Shown: positions 46,158-56,770 of the stretch, in pieces
Position numbering within the stretch: position 1 is the stretch's first letter
How the letters are laid out: each line of letters begins with the position of its first letter
Virus record (IMG/VR): IMGVR_UViG_3300035034_000127
Span: 1-64,000 of that record
Length of the DNA stretch: 64,000 bases
Origin: a virus
Lineage: Duplodnaviria > Caudoviricetes
Reading direction: 5' to 3' (one strand)
The notes under the pieces: generated by a model
What the model saw: only the letters and a program-made list of their open reading frames with translations
Databases searched by the model: none
What the model was told of the DNA's origin: nothing
Program-made: the position numbers and the translations under genes

Positions 46158-49100
46158 TTATCTAGATATAATGCCTGAAGTAGCTGTCATAACGCTAGTT
46201 ATTACGTTACCGCTTGCTTGCAATTCTGTTGCTGTTAGTTCGTCAATAATTTCTACATCACGTACACTAGCAGCACTAATAAAAATTTCATCAAGTTCGG
46301 ATTTTATTTCAAATAAACTACCGAACGATTGTGAACCTTGTCTTGGCACAATTACTATACTTACTAATCTGGGTGACATAGTGTTCATAATATATGCACT
46401 AAGCTCTTGAAAGTAAAAAGTCTCTCCAAAGTCCCAATTCTCAATAGCAAAAAATTGATTCATTGATTCAATTATCTCTGCTTTTAACTCATTTTCGTTA
46501 ACTACTATTGATTTATTTCGAACCACTTTAAACTTAACTTGTAAATCATTCATTGCCTTCTCACCAAACAGTACCTTGTACTTAACTGGATGATAAACTA
46601 TCTCGTCACTAATTGACTTTATTGCATTAATTGCAGTGCCGTAAGATCTGAAAAGGCTATCACTACTTTCAGGTTTTGGTTTTACTGTAACTATTCCTGC
46701 AACATATTTTCTAACTTCTGTATCATAATTCTTTGTTAGCAAGAAAGTATCAATAATATTACTTGCGCTGGGATCAATTCTATAATTGCTGTCAGCTACG
46801 TGCACGTAATGAAACTTCAGCCCTGACCTTCCAAAGTAAACTTTATAATCTGTATTAATCGTTGTATTATTTAACAATTTATTTAGAGTCTTAAATACGC
46901 CTACCTCAAACAGGTAAAATATTTGTCCTTCCTGTTCTGCGCTATAAATTATGTTCGATTGGTTATTAACTACCTTAATAGAACCACTCGAGTTATCGAA
47001 AAATCTAAAGTCTTCTACTCCGTCAGACGTCGTAAATCGCTGTTGAAAGATAATTTTCTGAGACGGTAATACTTCTGGTTCGACAATTCTATTAAATAGG
47101 TCCGGATCGTCAATAACACCGTCGTTGTCTAAATCAACAAACTGTATTTCGATCTTTGTAGTATCTACATATCCTTCTTTGTCTCTATAAGCATCAGAAA
47201 TTCCCCAGTTAAAATCTCTTGTGAAACTACTAGCACTGTCTGGCTGCTTATTAATTCCTAATACTCGAATCCCATCACGAGCAATTTTTCCTGTTTTGGG
47301 ATTAAAGACTTTGTCTGCGCCGTCAAATGTAAACCGGACTTCGTCTTTACTTTCGAATACGTATCTAAGATTGCGATGAGTAATAGTATACGTATTGCCA
47401 TTGGTTTTAAAATTCAATAACCAACTTGCATCAAGATTTTGTCCGCTGAGATCTCCTGCTTTACCTGTGCTAAATTCAGATAGTGTATTAATATTCGATG
47501 CAAGCACCAATTGCCACTCGCGAGTGTTTGTATTATATCTTAGAGCATAATCTTTGTAAGCAAATGTTTGATCAATTATTTGCGTTTTTAGGTCAGTTAG
47601 TAATGTTCTAGAGATTTTTGGAATAACTTGACTCAGCAGCGAACCATCAGGAATAAGATCAACTAGTGTAATAGGACCCCTATCGTCTATAGTTAATGTT
47701 GTTCCGTCTGATACAGTGCCAGCGACCTTGGTCCATAGGTATATAGTCGAGCCATCTAGATTTGGGTTAGCTGTGTAAGTACCGTCTGCTAAGAAATACT
47801 GTTGCACACCGTTAACAATGGGTGCCACAAACTTAAGAAGAGTTCCGGACTCTACTAATCGTAAATTATTAGCAGTAAACGCGCCGACAGCGTAGGCTTC
47901 GCCCTGTGTGTCATTAAGGAATCCAGTATACTGGTTAGTAAATTTCGTTGTATTTTCCCAACTTGCACTTAAATCCGAAGTAATTGTTCTTGGAAATTCC
48001 GAGTAGTAAAAGTTCTTGAGGTTAGTACTATTAATGATATCCTCAACAGTATTAACCAATATGCCTTCAATATCACTTTGTGAAGAAAATGCAAATTGTG
48101 TTTTTACCTCGTATAATTCTTTATATATAATGCCGTCATCAGCAAACAAACTAGTATTAGAATACTTGCCACTTGCATCTTTTAAATCAAAATATCTACT
48201 TATGCCACTACTAACTCTGTTAACACTCTTAGTTTTTATAATGTCTTGGCTGACTGCGAGAGGACCTATGTTGTAATCTTCGCCTGTGATTAATCGATTC
48301 TGTGTGTAATAAGTCGCAGGTGCATTTTGTTTAATACTGTCGTTAGATTCAGTAGGAGTACCATTAGATACTGTATAGTTTAATCTTAGTACAAACGTTA
48401 GTGTTTCGAGCGAACCGCTGCGGCTTTGATAAGGAATTTCAATAGTGACGTTGCCTACTGCGCCAGGTGAAATTACACTGAATCTATTCAAGCTGGTTCT
48501 GTAATATATTTTAAAGTTTCCTGCTGGAAGATTACCAAAAATTCCGTCACTAAACACTAGATTAATTCTATCACTAATTCGAGTAGACACAGCATACACA
48601 TTGCTAATACCTTTAAAAAGGCTGTTATAGATAATATTGTTGCCTTCTACTGCGTCTAGTTTGGACCACGCTGTAGTCTCAAAACCGTTTGTATCCACGC
48701 TGTAAAGCCATACATCGTCGTTATTAATATTCTCTGCGTCAATGCCTACGATCTGGTTCGGGATCGGATTGGTTACCGAAAATGTACCTTCGTCTAGTCT
48801 ACCCTGCCGAAAGTGCATGAAAAATCCAGTATTGTTAGAGCCAGCGCCCTGGCCGTCATCTCTAAACAAAAACGCAGGGCTAGTGCCAGGAAGTGGTGGT
48901 TCTTCTCTTATCACGCTATTGGAAAAGTCAGTAGATACTACTTCATATCTAGTACTAACTCCTTCAATAGACTTTGTAAACGGAAACACTGGGACCCCAG
49001 TGTTAGTTGCGTTCAATCGGTATTTCTGTGTCTGTACACCGTCAATATTTTCAGTCTTTAAAGGACTGCCTACTGCATTAGTAACAGGAAGAGCTGCGTT

Positions 49101-49580
49101 TATTATCTTAATAAATTGTTCAAAAAAGTTAGGATTGCTTTGATCGTTCCACCGAATTGCGGAACCTGCAAGATTTAATCCAGCACTGTCAACAACCTGC
49201 TCTGTGGTCTTTACTGTAGAAATTTTAAGCAGTCCATTAGCTGCTTGATTTCGACGAGGATTGTAGGTCAACATACGTGCAAGACGTAGTACGCTTTCCC
49301 TGCGTTCAGCTGTTTCGAGGAAGTTTTCTCTGGCATTTAAGTCTATTCTAAAAGATAGGTTTTGACCTAGAAACGCGATCATATCAATAAGAGCAAGATA
49401 TTCGCTTGATTCGATATAATCGTTAAAATCTTCAGGGTAGTTTTGTCGCAGATAATTAATCATGGTTCTGCGCAAGTTGTCAAAATCATAGCTCTGGAAG
49501 TCAGCGTTTCTGAAACTCTGATAGATTCTTTTCCAGTCTTCTGCTACTAAAAGCCGTGTTTGTCTATCTGTTGCAGACAT
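46158..49580 (-). CDS. gp6: Baseplate wedge subunit (T4 gp6-like)
   Basis: YDFDNLR..MI.YL...FNDY.ESS...LIDMIAF...ENFLETAERRESV.RLA.ML.Y.P and ES..SIK.NAP..Y.TQNR.IT.EDY. Confidence 0.85.
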   Translation of the reverse strand: MSATDRQTRLLVAEDWKRIYQSFRNADFQSYDFDNLRRTMINYLRQNYPEDFNDYIESSEYLALIDMIAFLGQNLSFRIDLNARENFLETAERRESVLRLARMLTYNPRRNQAANGLLKISTVKTTEQVVDSAGLNLAGSAIRWNDQSNPNFFEQFIKIINAALPVTNAVGSPLKTENIDGVQTQKYRLNATNTGVPVFPFTKSIEGVSTRYEVVSTDFSNSVIREEPPLPGTSPAFLFRDDGQGAGSNNTGFFMHFRQGRLDEGTFSVTNPIPNQIVGIDAENINNDDVWLYSVDTNGFETTAWSKLDAVEGNNIIYNSLFKGISNVYAVSTRISDRINLVFSDGIFGNLPAGNFKIYYRTSLNRFSVISPGAVGNVTIEIPYQSRSGSLETLTFVLRLNYTVSNGTPTESNDSIKQNAPATYYTQNRLITGEDYNIGPLAVSQDIIKTKSVNRVSSGISRYFDLKDASGKYSNTSLFADDGIIYKELYEVKTQFAFSSQSDIEGILVNTVEDIINSTNLKNFYYSEFPRTITSDLSASWENTTKFTNQYTGFLNDTQGEAYAVGAFTANNLRLVESGTLLKFVAPIVNGVQQYFLADGTYTANPNLDGSTIYLWTKVAGTVSDGTTLTIDDRGPITLVDLIPDGSLLSQVIPKISRTLLTDLKTQIIDQTFAYKDYALRYNTNTREWQLVLASNINTLSEFSTGKAGDLSGQNLDASWLLNFKTNGNTYTITHRNLRYVFESKDEVRFTFDGADKVFNPKTGKIARDGIRVLGINKQPDSASSFTRDFNWGISDAYRDKEGYVDTTKIEIQFVDLDNDGVIDDPDLFNRIVEPEVLPSQKIIFQQRFTTSDGVEDFRFFDNSSGSIKVVNNQSNIIYSAEQEGQIFYLFEVGVFKTLNKLLNNTTINTDYKVYFGRSGLKFHYVHVADSNYRIDPSASNIIDTFLLTKNYDTEVRKYVAGIVTVKPKPESSDSLFRSYGTAINAIKSISDEIVYHPVKYKVLFGEKAMNDLQVKFKVVRNKSIVVNENELKAEIIESMNQFFAIENWDFGETFYFQELSAYIMNTMSPRLVSIVIVPRQGSQSFGSLFEIKSELDEIFISAASVRDVEIIDELTATELQASGNVITSVMTATSGIISR

Positions 49581-49605
49581 AAATTAGATTCCTCGTTAAC
49601 TATGA

Positions 49606-49613
49606 TATTTATC
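49606..49613 (-). promoter_or_regulatory. Late-promoter motif GATAAATA
   Basis: Intergenic, within TATGAT-AAAT-ATCATA mini-palindrome, upstream of GAGG RBS. Confidence 0.6.
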
Positions 49614-49636
49614 ATAATAAAAAACTGCGTACTTAA

Positions 49637-50074
49637 TTAAGTTAGGCCGTTTTTCTGATCGAAGGTAAATGTAATTGATTCAGAGATATCGTAAGGTAAG
49701 TATGTAAGTTCACAATCAATAGAAATACCCTGTTCGTATGTATCGACTATTACATCCTTAGCTGATAGTCTAGGATCAAAGTTAAAAATATTTGTTACGT
49801 TTTCAATAATTGCTTCCTGTACAGCCGGAGTAAATGGCTCAAATAACATATCCCAGATTATACATCCAAAGCTAGGATTTGATAACTTTTCGCCCTGCCG
49901 TATGTGAAAGTGATTGATTAGATCCTGTTTAATTAGCTCGAAATCATACAAAGAAAAACCTTGGTTAGTCTGCGCCACAGAACTGAACCCTCTATACGCT
50001 CGGCCTGCCGAAGCAGTAGTTTTGGTAGGAGTTACACTTACTCGTTGGTATAAATTCTTTTCTAAGCTGCTCAT
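49637..50074 (-). CDS. gp25: Baseplate wedge subunit (gp25/GPW family)
   Basis: IKQDLINH...GEK..NP.FG..I..MLFEP...DPR. Confidence 0.88.
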   Translation of the reverse strand: MSSLEKNLYQRVSVTPTKTTASAGRAYRGFSSVAQTNQGFSLYDFELIKQDLINHFHIRQGEKLSNPSFGCIIWDMLFEPFTPAVQEAIIENVTNIFNFDPRLSAKDVIVDTYEQGISIDCELTYLPYDISESITFTFDQKNGLT

Positions 50075-50078
50075 ATCG

Positions 50079-50084
50079 TATTTA
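50079..50084 (-). promoter_or_regulatory. Late-promoter motif TAAATA 4 nt before the gp25 start
   Basis: GAGGTAAATAcgatATG on minus strand. Confidence 0.55.
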
Positions 50085-50090
50085 CCTCAC

Positions 50091-52688
50091 TCAGCTAGTG
50101 CTCTGCATGCCAGGAAGAATAGAGTCATCTACTCCGCTAGGCTCGTTAGTATCTGATGCGCCACCGGCTACTAATGGCACTCCGTCATCTCTATTGTCTG
50201 ACGGCCCTTTAGGTATAAAGCCTCTGCGAAAGTTAAATGCTCCGCCTTCACCTTTGTACGCGCTGAAATGCATAGCATCGTCAATCGACTGCCATGCACC
50301 TCCCCAGCCTAATCCATGTTTATTTGCTAACGAAAGCGTTGATCTTGGCATATCAGTAATAGGAGCATTTGGTGGCCGGGGTGAAAAGAACCCGTTTGGT
50401 CCGTTGTTAAACACTGGATTAGGTGGGTTAATATCTATAGCGCCGCCGCTGGCGTGAATCGACCATCCTGATCCACTTACTGTTTCTCGTTTAGCATATC
50501 CAAGTAATGTCCTTATCTGATAACCAGTAGACTCTAGGTCATCAATGAATCCCTGGAAATTAGTAACAAACACCTCTGCTACTTGCGCTGATAAGCCAGT
50601 CCTAGTTGTAATTGTACCTAACGCGCCGTCACCTATAAAGAAACGCTGAGAAATATTTGACGGTGTTCCTCTATCTGGGTCTATTCTAGCACCATTAGCA
50701 TACGAAGTAATAGAATTTTTAGATTCCACTGTGTTGTTAGTAATCGTAGAGTCACCGGTGCCGCCATCAAAGTTTTCTCCTCCGCCACTGTTAAACACAG
50801 TTTGACTGGACTGAGGACCAAACCCTCTAGTAAATGTATCAGGTGTAAGTATCCTGTCATTTACTGCTAACCCTCCTGGATCCTCTCTGTCAGACTGCTC
50901 TTTCTTATAAGCTTGTGGATTCATATTTTCGTGATGTGACCACGGTTCATGTTGCGGTGCTCTTGTTAATATGCTTTCATAGGGTACTGGTTTTGCAGAA
51001 CCAGGAAACATATAAGGCAGCGTAACAGTAGATAGTTCTTCTGCACGTTCAGCGTCTACTGCATCTTCCGCAGTCAGTGCAATTTTTACGGACGGACTTG
51101 CTGCTCCTACTGATCCTGCGGCTCCTTCAATACTAATGCCAGCAATTGCACTGATAGCCATTGCGCTTTTTGACTCTATTACCGCAGTACCAGCAGTGAC
51201 CTTATACGCTTTGCCAATATTTTGACTTAAAATTCCAGCAACTGAAAAACTGCTATTTGCTTTTATAGCAACGTCACTAGAGGTTGCGCTTAATAAATAG
51301 GAAAGACCGGCACTGTCATGCAGTGTTTTGCCAGCAGTTCTATATATACTGCTGGTTGCTTTTTCATGAATAGACTTGTTTGACAGAAAATTTATGTTTT
51401 GTTTTGCATGAAGATTGTAGGCTTGATCTATTAACTGGTTTGAATCTAGCCCTATCACTACATCGCTGTTTCCTTCTATAGTATGTTTAAAATTGTTGCC
51501 CACTAATATGTTGGTATCCCATGCACTTTCTATTTGTATTCTGCCACTTTGCTTATTATCTAAAAACTGTGCACTATCGGAATAACGTGCACTTGCTTTC
51601 ATATTAATGTTTCGACCTGCATCAATATTGAAATCTCGTTCAGCAGTAAAGTTAATATCAGTATCTGACATTACAGAAATACTGTCTTGAGCATGTATAT
51701 CTATCTTTCCATCAGATGTAAACTCTATCCAAGCTGTACCACGGCTGTTTCCAATATATATTAGATCCTCCGAATTATGTAGTACAATTTGGTGTCCGGT
51801 CCTAGTTCGAAAACGCATCAACTCGTTCTGGGGTATAGTTGTATCGCCTCCAGTTTCACCAGCTTGCTTGTTTACATAAATTGGTGGGCCGTCTTCTGCA
51901 TGAGTTTTACGCACAAACTTTTCGTCGCCGTCGTCCATAACAAAACTAGATCCGCCTAACCTATTGTAAGGAACACTTGCACTTTTTTTGTTTGGTCCGA
52001 AATTTGCTCTTGGAGCGCCGGTGCGTTTGTCTCTTGGTCCTGGTGTCGATATACCAAATACCATCGACGGAACTTCACGACGTGCTGAAGTAGTAGTAGT
52101 GCCCCTTGACTCATCGGTTAGCAACCCTTGAATTTCAAGAATTCGCGTAAAGTCTTTGTTGTAAGGCTTTTTAAACAACGTAGGGTCTAAAGAATCACCT
52201 GTTTCTATAAGTTTATTGTATTCACCTACAGGTAACTTTGCGCCTTCTAATTCTGGCGGGGTTTCTGGTGTTGTAAGTGTTGTGCTAGGTCTTCCGTCTG
52301 GAACCATAAAGTTCATGTAGTCGTCTTGGATACACCCAATCCAATAGCCATAGTTGGGATTGCCTTCAGCAAAAGTAACAAGAACCTTTGTACCTACATC
52401 AGGAGGTACAGCCCAGAATCCGTAGCTTTTTTGAGAGTTAGCATACCCATCTTGTGGAGTGGCACCTTTTCCAGGTGTTACTCCGTAAAAAGGACTGAGG
52501 TATCTCACGTTGAAAACTTCGCCGCTTTTTTCTGGAGTGTTAGCACCTCCTGTGTACTTTAATATTTCAACCTCAAGTGATCCCATGTAACGAGTATCAA
52601 GGTTGTTTACTACAATCGCCTCATACGGCCCTGCATTTTTTACTATTGTATTATTGATCGCTGAACGACTATACGAATCTTGCGACAT
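50091..52688 (-). CDS. gp5: Baseplate central spike (gp5/VgrG-like) with C-terminal M15 Zn peptidase
   Basis: OB-fold GFWAVPPDVGTKVLVTFAEG...YWIG; RTRTGHQI; beta-helix-like repeats; C-terminal R...SIHASGGAIDIN...WGG.W...DAMHF. Confidence 0.8.
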   Translation of the reverse strand: MSQDSYSRSAINNTIVKNAGPYEAIVVNNLDTRYMGSLEVEILKYTGGANTPEKSGEVFNVRYLSPFYGVTPGKGATPQDGYANSQKSYGFWAVPPDVGTKVLVTFAEGNPNYGYWIGCIQDDYMNFMVPDGRPSTTLTTPETPPELEGAKLPVGEYNKLIETGDSLDPTLFKKPYNKDFTRILEIQGLLTDESRGTTTTSARREVPSMVFGISTPGPRDKRTGAPRANFGPNKKSASVPYNRLGGSSFVMDDGDEKFVRKTHAEDGPPIYVNKQAGETGGDTTIPQNELMRFRTRTGHQIVLHNSEDLIYIGNSRGTAWIEFTSDGKIDIHAQDSISVMSDTDINFTAERDFNIDAGRNINMKASARYSDSAQFLDNKQSGRIQIESAWDTNILVGNNFKHTIEGNSDVVIGLDSNQLIDQAYNLHAKQNINFLSNKSIHEKATSSIYRTAGKTLHDSAGLSYLLSATSSDVAIKANSSFSVAGILSQNIGKAYKVTAGTAVIESKSAMAISAIAGISIEGAAGSVGAASPSVKIALTAEDAVDAERAEELSTVTLPYMFPGSAKPVPYESILTRAPQHEPWSHHENMNPQAYKKEQSDREDPGGLAVNDRILTPDTFTRGFGPQSSQTVFNSGGGENFDGGTGDSTITNNTVESKNSITSYANGARIDPDRGTPSNISQRFFIGDGALGTITTRTGLSAQVAEVFVTNFQGFIDDLESTGYQIRTLLGYAKRETVSGSGWSIHASGGAIDINPPNPVFNNGPNGFFSPRPPNAPITDMPRSTLSLANKHGLGWGGAWQSIDDAMHFSAYKGEGGAFNFRRGFIPKGPSDNRDDGVPLVAGGASDTNEPSGVDDSILPGMQSTS

Positions 52689-52705
52689 CTAAAACTCCTG
52701 TGCTG

Positions 52706-53785
52706 TTACCTAGCACCAGTTAATGGACTGCTAGGCAATGCTTTCTTAATCTGTATTCTGGTCAGAGGAACTGGTGGACCCTGTCTTGTATCCTGCTCTT
52801 GGGTATCTGCTGCTAGGTCTTTTTCTGCAGATGCATTGTCGTAAACTGAACCTGCTCCTCCGGGTACAGGCCCGGGAAAGCCTGGCGGAGCAACTGCGCC
52901 AGAGTTAGTAGTTCTTCCTAGGGCCGGTCCTATGTTGCCGTTAATGATAGGATTAGCTGCTGCTGCGCCGGTTCCGTAGAGCAGCAGGTCTTTCACAGTC
53001 TGTCCAGTTCTAAAATCATAACGATCATCTAGAGGATCTAACGGTCGATAATCGTAAACATTTTTACTATCAGGCAACTCAGCAGCAGGAAGAGGACGAG
53101 CGCCGGCATTTCCGCCAGTGAATGCACCCACTCCTATACCAGCAGCAATCGCCGCGGTCTGTGACTTGGGAGTAGATCCTGTTGCTGGGATAACTCCGTT
53201 TGGCCCAGACTCTAGTATCGACACAACTCGAACTGCTCCCTCAGTTATTTCTAAAATGTCTTCTAGTTCCTGGAAGAACGTGTCTGCATTGTGTGTAGTT
53301 GTGTTGAATGCTTCTGTAGAATAATAACTCTCGCCCTTAACTACTCGACGGTAGGCTCCATTTAGCGGGTAAGGTACTGGAATACTAGAAAACTCCTGTG
53401 CTAATCTAATCATAAACTTATCAGATGTCAGTACGCCAGCTAACCATTGGTTCAGTAACCTAACGCTCTTTAATCGAGCAATCATCAAAGCATCCTGTAT
53501 GCCGGCTGTGAATCTAATTTTTCCTGCATCTACCGCTAAAACACTTATGCTCTGTTTCAAGTCAGTTCTTAACAATTGATAACGTCCCACTGCGTTTGAT
53601 CCAAAACCTTCGTTAGTTCTTACTTCTTGAAACCGCAAGACTTCACTAAGTGTCATTTGTGTTAGACTAGGTTCTGACGTACTAGGCCATAAACTAGTAT
53701 AGGAGTTTGCTCCTTTCAGAGCCTCTCCTTTGCTAACAAGAGCTAATAACGCAATTTGCTGTGCTGTAATTGTTATTTCTGACAT
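52706..53785 (-). CDS. Lysozyme-like (lambda-type muramidase/transglycosylase) domain protein, probably virion-associated
   Basis: LL.LV..GE...Y...MTL.EV...AVGRYQ...F...QD...LAQEFSS.P; Pro/Gly/Ala-rich C-terminal half. Confidence 0.65.
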   Translation of the reverse strand: MSEITITAQQIALLALVSKGEALKGANSYTSLWPSTSEPSLTQMTLSEVLRFQEVRTNEGFGSNAVGRYQLLRTDLKQSISVLAVDAGKIRFTAGIQDALMIARLKSVRLLNQWLAGVLTSDKFMIRLAQEFSSIPVPYPLNGAYRRVVKGESYYSTEAFNTTTHNADTFFQELEDILEITEGAVRVVSILESGPNGVIPATGSTPKSQTAAIAAGIGVGAFTGGNAGARPLPAAELPDSKNVYDYRPLDPLDDRYDFRTGQTVKDLLLYGTGAAAANPIINGNIGPALGRTTNSGAVAPPGFPGPVPGGAGSVYDNASAEKDLAADTQEQDTRQGPPVPLTRIQIKKALPSSPLTGAR

Positions 53786-53850
53786 TTATATTTCCCTTGC
53801 TCTTTACTTATATTACGTTTTAATATTAAAATGCAGTTTGGAAGAATTGT

Positions 53851-56769
53851 CTACCTGCTTGTTTGATTAACGTTAACTCTTCTAATAGCAGACGAAAGTG
53901 CTGCTTGACCAGTTGCTGCATTTTCCCGATTTGTTGGCGGTGCTGTAAATACTGAATTATTTTGATCAGTTACACCGTTAGAGTCTACAGGAACAACATT
54001 TATCAGAGGCTCAACATCTGTAGCGCTAGACGATTGTTCAACAGGGTTCTGTGCAGGTCGAGCTGTACTTGGCTTTCCTGGGGTATCACTGTACACTACA
54101 GCATCACTAAGCTTAGCACTATCGTCTAGTATAACTGGACCAGCATTATTAGGTGTTGAAGGATCGTCTTGTCCTCTTCTTCTAATTAACTTAATATTCT
54201 GCTCAAACTTGCCGCCTGAAAACGTATTAGTAACAGCCCAAACGCTAAACAGTCCGCTAAACTGCTTTACTACTCTAGGAAATTCCATTGTAGCTCCTTC
54301 AACTTGATAATCAAACGGAGTTTTAAAATTCACTATAACAAATACCTCGTCCATCATGTAGTTAACTGTGCCTTCTTCCAAAACGTTAGAATTCTTAATA
54401 GGGCTGCCTTTAAAGTTTCCAGTTTGTTGAGGTATGAAAAAAGGGTCTCCCATTATTTTCATTTCAGCAGTGATCATGTCAAGTGTTTGATTTATTATGG
54501 AATTATGAAATTGCTGCGCTATTCTTAGACGCATATCAGGCGACCTAGATCCGCTGTCCGGAATTAAGGAAGCTTGTCTATGTGTCATTTCGCCTATTTT
54601 AGCACCCGGTTCTGAATCAGGATTACCACAACCTTGTTTTACTACAGAAGCTCCAGTAGTTGCTGCTAGTGAGCCGGTACTAACTGCGCTGTCTGCACTG
54701 CCTACACCTCCGACGTTTTGCCCGTAATTACTAAATGCGGTTAGCATAAAAGCATTGTTAAACACTAGGTCAAAGTCCAGTATTTCCTCGTTTCGACCGG
54801 TATAGATATAATTGTATTCCTTTGCAGCCTTTGCTCTAAGCTGTTCTGTAGTATTTGGCGTTGGCTTTTGATTTGTAGCTAGAGTTTTTGCTTCGTCTGG
54901 ATAATACGGAATAACATTAAACAAATATATCTTAGCAAGTGAGCCACGTTGGCATTCTGATGACGGATTAGGATCAATAAACACCTGTGTATCTATCTTG
55001 AACCAGTTTCGTGTACCGTTAGCAGCGCTGATAGCAGTAGACTCTACAGCAGCGTATTGACTTCTCAGTACTACCTTTTCTATCATAGTAATTATTGTTT
55101 CGCCTTGACTGAATTTATGTTCTCTTGCTTTAGGACTAGGATTGTTCCCGGTACGACCAGTATCTTCAAACAACTCAGTTTCAGGGTTGTATACCTGCGC
55201 TGGTACAGCTTGAGCTTGGTCGCCGCCCTCACTAACATCGTCTACAATTGAACTTAAACCAATATTGTTCATTTGTCTAGTGTCACGAGCATACTGCTGC
55301 AATCTTTCATATAAACTCGAGTTAGGAGCAACTGATATTTTATTAGTGTTTACAGTTGCACTACCCAGCACAGGAGTTACACCCTGCTCCTGTTTAAGTT
55401 CCACATTTCTTGATAATCCGTCATCTTTGTCTACAACTTCCCTAGAAACTGTGCTATTAAAGCCATCTAGGTCACGAGGGAAAGCAATTATAAATCTGTC
55501 GTTCTTTGTGGTAACATTTTTGTCTTCGAGATTAGCCAATCGTTGATTCATTGTTTCAGCTACACTAGTGTCTTCGCCGTTTAACACTTCCCATACGTTT
55601 GATCCTACTGCGTTAATAGTAGTCTTTGTTTCGTTAATATTATCATCTAGTGCAGTTTCGCTAAACGGCACTGCCATTACAAAATATTCACTACCTGCAC
55701 CGCTTACACTGAGCTCTACTTTGGTTATCTTTATAGGTACGTAGATAGGCTTTCCGATATATTTTGTCGACCATTCACCGTATTCGTTCCATCCTACAAA
55801 GTCAATTCTTATGCAAAACGGTGCATCAATATAGTTAGAGTATCCTTCAAACTTTGCTGAACCAATAAGTGCTTGAATAAAATTACCCATTGAAAACGGT
55901 TCAGTTACTTTAAACGATAGGGTTGTGCCTAGTGCCACTCCAGTATTTTGATTAGGTGCTATTACTGCGTCCATTTCTAGGTCGTCTATATAGTACTCCG
56001 CATCGCCTCCGCTTGCAGAGTTTATTTCGTCCTGTACTTTGTAACGATTGGCATAATTTCCGCCGGATGACTTGATTATATAAGACGCAAAGTCGCCTCT
56101 ATTTCGGTAGGTGTTGGGATCGTTATATTCTCGAGGATTTAACACTCCTAGCGTAATGATATAATTGTAGGTGTTGTGATTTCTTAAAGGATTAGGTATT
56201 TTGCCTGTAGAGATATTACTTGCCCGTATTGTGCTGGCCCGCTGCATCGAATCTTCAGCAGAAGTAATATTTTGCCATTTCTCAGGCACAAGGTCACGTA
56301 AGCTGTCTTCATTGTCCTGGCCTGCTATGCGTCGTCTAATAGGTGTATAATCGTCGTTACTACCAGCAGGCAACACTGACGCTACCGAAGCGGTGCTTGT
56401 TTTTGTTTCAAAATTGCCCGACGGTGCGGCCTGTGCAGCATCGGTAGTGACAGGAGGCACTACAGGCGGCGCTGTTGCTCCGAGGGTTGCGGCCAGCTTT
56501 TTAGCACGTTCAGCAGCTTCCGTTTTTTCCATCTGGGCAACAACACGAAATACATTTTCGTTAAGTGTACGATCCCCCACAACAGAAACAGACTCCGGCT
56601 TTGGCGCGAAATCTTCCGGATTAGCAGCCCGCCTGTCGGCAGTAAACTGTGCAAGCCTATCCTGAAAATTTGTGGTTTTTAAATTGTCAGCGCGGATGCT
56701 TGCTTTTTCACTCTCACTTAAATTAGCAACGCGGATTCTTTCTCTCTCACTTCCACTTATTCTTTCCAT
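53851..56769 (-). CDS. Putative baseplate hub protein (gp27-like)
   Basis: NPL....YNY..TL; F.VTEP; KEYNYIYTG.N; I.GDP.F; SG.F.V..V...F..G.F.Q...L.R; position between gp53-like and gp5-like genes. Confidence 0.6.
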   Translation of the reverse strand: MERISGSERERIRVANLSESEKASIRADNLKTTNFQDRLAQFTADRRAANPEDFAPKPESVSVVGDRTLNENVFRVVAQMEKTEAAERAKKLAATLGATAPPVVPPVTTDAAQAAPSGNFETKTSTASVASVLPAGSNDDYTPIRRRIAGQDNEDSLRDLVPEKWQNITSAEDSMQRASTIRASNISTGKIPNPLRNHNTYNYIITLGVLNPREYNDPNTYRNRGDFASYIIKSSGGNYANRYKVQDEINSASGGDAEYYIDDLEMDAVIAPNQNTGVALGTTLSFKVTEPFSMGNFIQALIGSAKFEGYSNYIDAPFCIRIDFVGWNEYGEWSTKYIGKPIYVPIKITKVELSVSGAGSEYFVMAVPFSETALDDNINETKTTINAVGSNVWEVLNGEDTSVAETMNQRLANLEDKNVTTKNDRFIIAFPRDLDGFNSTVSREVVDKDDGLSRNVELKQEQGVTPVLGSATVNTNKISVAPNSSLYERLQQYARDTRQMNNIGLSSIVDDVSEGGDQAQAVPAQVYNPETELFEDTGRTGNNPSPKAREHKFSQGETIITMIEKVVLRSQYAAVESTAISAANGTRNWFKIDTQVFIDPNPSSECQRGSLAKIYLFNVIPYYPDEAKTLATNQKPTPNTTEQLRAKAAKEYNYIYTGRNEEILDFDLVFNNAFMLTAFSNYGQNVGGVGSADSAVSTGSLAATTGASVVKQGCGNPDSEPGAKIGEMTHRQASLIPDSGSRSPDMRLRIAQQFHNSIINQTLDMITAEMKIMGDPFFIPQQTGNFKGSPIKNSNVLEEGTVNYMMDEVFVIVNFKTPFDYQVEGATMEFPRVVKQFSGLFSVWAVTNTFSGGKFEQNIKLIRRRGQDDPSTPNNAGPVILDDSAKLSDAVVYSDTPGKPSTARPAQNPVEQSSSATDVEPLINVVPVDSNGVTDQNNSVFTAPPTNRENAATGQAALSSAIRRVNVNQTSR

Positions 56770-56770
56770 G

